Under the pieces are notes generated by a model. The model had not been told where the DNA came from. It ran no database searches and was given only the letters and a program-made list of their open reading frames with translations. The translations under genes were made by a program, and so were the position numbers. From an uncultured Candidatus Poseidoniales archaeon (GTDB taxonomy: Archaea > Thermoplasmatota > Poseidoniia > Poseidoniales > Thalassarchaeaceae), in the NCBI GenBank assembly GCA_902625325.1, contig CACOAW010000004.1, forward strand, positions 50,647 through 114,646: 64,000 bases of DNA, in the 5' to 3' direction. How positions within the stretch are numbered: position 1 is the first letter of the stretch; the number at the start of each line of letters is the position of its first letter. Below, one piece after another: positions 60,940 to 64,000 of the stretch.

Positions 60940-61430
60940 TTACATTGGGTAGAGTCTCAAACGCTGTCAGATTCACGTTTAGATGGGTTCCATGGGTCAT
61001 CACGGGAGCTTCGTTAGCCTATCGCAGACTCCCAGATAAATCTCAGAACGAAATTAGAGAAGTAGCAAGGGAGCCACGCAAGTGGGGAGAGGGATTGGAG
61101 AAGGCTTGGGATGCTTCGAGAATCGGGGCTGAGCATTTCCAAAAGACATCAGGAACATTGGCCAACATAATGATTGGGAGAAGGGTCAGTAGAAAGGAGA
61201 GAATTCAGGCTAGAGACGACTTGGCCGCTTTGAGTTTAGTAGTGCCTCCTCTGAGAGTTTTCATGATTCCAGGAAGTCAGATTCTGCTGGGGATAATGGC
61301 ACGAGTTACTCCTTGGCGACTAGTTCCTGATGCTTGGATTCCTCTGAACGCCCTAAAGAAGATCAGGCAGGAAGAAACACCTTCTTTGGATCAAGAAAGC
61401 ACCCAAGTTCGAAGGATGCTCGGCAGATAA
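60936..61430 (+). CDS. Hypothetical protein with LETM1-like membrane motif
   Basis: GTG start overlapping the aceE stop; SRKER...DL...VP....IPG..ILL......P..LVP.AW. Confidence 0.6.
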   Translation: MITLGRVSNAVRFTFRWVPWVITGASLAYRRLPDKSQNEIREVAREPRKWGEGLEKAWDASRIGAEHFQKTSGTLANIMIGRRVSRKERIQARDDLAALSLVVPPLRVFMIPGSQILLGIMARVTPWRLVPDAWIPLNALKKIRQEETPSLDQESTQVRRMLGR

Positions 61431-61431
61431 C

Positions 61432-62166
61432 TCATTCAATCTCAGTAATATTGGAAAGGAAGTAGTTATGCTTCAACGCATCTTTTAGACTAACCCAGTC
61501 TGGTATATCGCCCCTAAAATTATCATATCTGTGTCCTGGAATCAATCTCCAATCCGGAGGCAGACTAGTGAGAATCTGCTTGGCTCTAATCAAGCTCCTC
61601 TGCTGTGCTTGCGGATCCCCCCCGGGAAGATCTACCCTCCCAGCGCTCCTGACGAAGAGAAGATCACCAGCATGGTAGACTCCATGTCCGTGGAAGGTGA
61701 CGTGACCAGGTGCATGACCGGGTGAGTGAGTAACAGTAATCTCAATAGATCCTGCAGACCAATCCTCACTTTCCCCGGGTTCACAATCCCAAGTATTGGT
61801 GAAGTCCACCTTTCTGAATACAATGTTCCCCAATAGGCTAGGCACTCTTGCATCTTCATGCCCCCAGACCTCAAGATTGGGGAATCTATCGATCATTCCT
61901 GGAAATCCTGCTGCATGGTCCCGATGAGTATGCGTATACAGGAGGTGTGTAGGTCGGAGCCCTTCTTCTTCTATCTTAGAGCACCACTTCTCGGCGTCGA
62001 ATGGATCAACGATTGCGACAATTTCATTCGCGCGGTCTACAAAGGCAGTATTCATGTTCATCAGGTCGCCCATTTGGGTTACCCAGACTTCTACTCCATC
62101 TTCCCAAATCGAAGTATGAAACTCTCCCTCGGACAGCATGAACCTTCCGAGTAAGACATAGGACAA
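61432..62166 (-). CDS. Metallo-beta-lactamase fold hydrolase (glyoxalase II-like)
   Basis: THTHRDH, HSPGHAPGH, GDLLF...GR.DLPGG and PGH. Confidence 0.9.
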   Translation of the reverse strand: MSYVLLGRFMLSEGEFHTSIWEDGVEVWVTQMGDLMNMNTAFVDRANEIVAIVDPFDAEKWCSKIEEEGLRPTHLLYTHTHRDHAAGFPGMIDRFPNLEVWGHEDARVPSLLGNIVFRKVDFTNTWDCEPGESEDWSAGSIEITVTHSPGHAPGHVTFHGHGVYHAGDLLFVRSAGRVDLPGGDPQAQQRSLIRAKQILTSLPPDWRLIPGHRYDNFRGDIPDWVSLKDALKHNYFLSNITEIE

Positions 62167-62212
62167 AGTCGTAATGCATATACAAGCGATACCAAGCGCT
62201 AAGTTTGAGCAA

Positions 62213-64000
62213 ATGCCATACGACGCCCAAGAGATCGAATCCAGATGGCAGAAGAAATGGTCCGAAGAAAGAGTATTCGAGGCTGAAATTGATTACTCTA
62301 AACCCAAGTTCTACTGCCTTGAGATGTTCCCATATCCATCTGGACACATGCATATGGGCCATGTCAGGAACTACTCTATCGGCGATGCGATGGCACGCTT
62401 CCAGAGATTAATGGGAAAGAACGTACTCTACCCGATGGGATATGACTCATTCGGAATGCCAGCGGAGAATGCTGCCAAAAAAGAAGGCGGGCATCCTCAT
62501 GATGTTACGCATAGCAACATCTCTAGCATTCGTTCCGACCAAGAAAGGATGGGCTACTCATACGATTGGAGGAGATTCTTGGCGACATCGGATGTGGATT
62601 ACTACCGTTGGAACCAGGAGATGTTCCTAATCCTAAATGAGATAGGCCTGATTGAGCGGAAGTCGGCTCCAGTAAACTGGTGCATTGACTGTGATACCGT
62701 TCTGGCTAACGAACAGGTAAGAAACAATAGATGCTGGAGATGCGGGTTGGAAGTAGTCCAGAGAGACATGGCACAGTGGTTCGTAAGGATGACCGAGTAT
62801 TCCGACGAGTTGCTCGATGAACTAGAAAATATCTCGTTCCCCGAGAATGTTAAGGCTATGCAGAGGAACTGGATTGGACGCTCCGATGGAGCACATATAG
62901 AATTCCAAGTGGACGACTCTTCATCAGTAATTGGAGCGTTTACTACCAGGCCTGACACTATTTTCGGAGTAACTTTCCTCACTTTGTCGCCAGAGCATCC
63001 TTTGTGTGAAGTATTGTGTTCAGGTAGTGAGTGGGAAGAAGGATGGAGAGCCCTCAAAGAAGAATGCTCACGAATGTCTGAGTTCGAGAGAGTAAACATC
63101 CTGAAGGAGAAGAAGGGGGTCTTCCTAGGGAGGCATGCAATCAATCCACTGAACGATGAGAGGATTCCAATATACGCTGGTAATTTCGTGGTCTCTACTT
63201 ATGGAACGGGTGCGGTGATGGCAGTCCCAGGACACGATCAAAGAGACTTCGATTTCGCAACCGAGTACGATCTTGAGATAAGGCGAGTACTCGAAGAAAA
63301 CCGGGGTGGCGACACCAACGAACCAATGAATAGGGCATTCGAAGGATACGGTCCAATGATTAACTCTCCAGTAGACGGTTTTGACGGACTCTCCGGAGAT
63401 GAAGCAAAGAGTGCCGTAATTTCTGCTCTAGAAGAGAAGCAAGCAGGACATGGCAAAGTTGAGTATCGGCTGAAGGATTGGCTACTGAGCAGACAGAGGT
63501 TCTGGGGGACTCCTATCCCCATGATTCATTGCAAGTCATGCGGCATTGTCCCTGTGCCTCGAGAAGATCTTCCGGTTGAGCTACCCCTAGATGTAGTCTT
63601 CACCGAAGACCAAAATGGCAATCCTCTCGAGTCGCATCATAGCTTTGTGCAAACCATTTGTCCTAAATGCGAAAGTGAGGCAAGGCGAGAGACCGATACA
63701 ATGGACACATTCTATGACTCATCGTGGTATTTCATGAGGTTTTGCGATGCAAAAAACGACGACTCCCCGTTCAATCGCTCTGATGTAGATTATTGGATGG
63801 ATGGCGGAGTTGACCTGTACATAGGGGGGATAGAACACGCTGTCATGCATCTACTCTATGCTAGATTCTTCACAAAATTCACCAGAGATGCGGGGATGAA
63901 CGAGGTCGGGGAACCATTCGGAAGGTTGGTCTGTCAGGGCATGCTCAATGCTCCTGCCCCTTACTGCTCCGATTGCAATTCTGAGTATCATGTTGACTAT
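62213..64000 (+). CDS. leuS: Leucyl-tRNA synthetase, bacterial type (runs off the window end)
   Basis: Read from the sequence: MPYDAQEIESRWQ...LEMFPYPSGHMHMGH, FTTRPDT, GTGAVMAVPGHD, SRQRFWGTPIP and YIGGIEHA. Confidence 0.95.
   Translation, partial: MPYDAQEIESRWQKKWSEERVFEAEIDYSKPKFYCLEMFPYPSGHMHMGHVRNYSIGDAMARFQRLMGKNVLYPMGYDSFGMPAENAAKKEGGHPHDVTHSNISSIRSDQERMGYSYDWRRFLATSDVDYYRWNQEMFLILNEIGLIERKSAPVNWCIDCDTVLANEQVRNNRCWRCGLEVVQRDMAQWFVRMTEYSDELLDELENISFPENVKAMQRNWIGRSDGAHIEFQVDDSSSVIGAFTTRPDTIFGVTFLTLSPEHPLCEVLCSGSEWEEGWRALKEECSRMSEFERVNILKEKKGVFLGRHAINPLNDERIPIYAGNFVVSTYGTGAVMAVPGHDQRDFDFATEYDLEIRRVLEENRGGDTNEPMNRAFEGYGPMINSPVDGFDGLSGDEAKSAVISALEEKQAGHGKVEYRLKDWLLSRQRFWGTPIPMIHCKSCGIVPVPREDLPVELPLDVVFTEDQNGNPLESHHSFVQTICPKCESEARRETDTMDTFYDSSWYFMRFCDAKNDDSPFNRSDVDYWMDGGVDLYIGGIEHAVMHLLYARFFTKFTRDAGMNEVGEPFGRLVCQGMLNAPAPYCSDCNSEYHVDY

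Noticed and set aside
1-64000. CRISPR arrays, rRNA genes, IS elements or prophage
   Set aside because: No regularly spaced repeats, rRNA signatures, transposases or phage hallmark genes were found by eye.

Overview
This is an archaeal chromosomal segment. Its gene content (PolD DP2, PriL, KEOPS Pcc1, archaeal phosphopantothenate synthetase, MptE, type II MetAP and an archaellum operon, mixed with bacterial-type LeuRS, AceE, RNase HI and BolA/Grx4) points to Marine Group II Euryarchaeota (Poseidoniales); the taxonomy is inference. The window is gene-dense and mostly housekeeping, with one tRNA-Cys(GCA) and a GC-richer surface/motility block (about 21.3-35.3 kb): a giant surface protein, a partner gene, then arlB-arlB-arlCDE-like-arlF-arlG-arlH-arlI-arlJ, followed by arlK. 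The most striking unexplained element is a ~580-nt non-coding segment (43519-44100, minus strand). It has its own BRE/TATA-like promoter, canonical tetraloops and G-U pairs on that strand, and a long purine-rich core, and it lacks the canonical RNase P/SRP signatures, making it a candidate new large ncRNA. Other highlights are a fumarase fused to an N-terminal ribbon-helix-helix domain with a palindrome in its promoter, an N6-MTase-like protein with a broken catalytic motif (RPPW), an ArlF with a phage-like insertion, a LETM1-like protein, a DHS-like/SpeD-like pair, a poly-C frameshifted gene and an internally deleted lipoprotein remnant. No CRISPR array, rRNA, IS element or integrase was seen. 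All calls were made by eye, without database searches.
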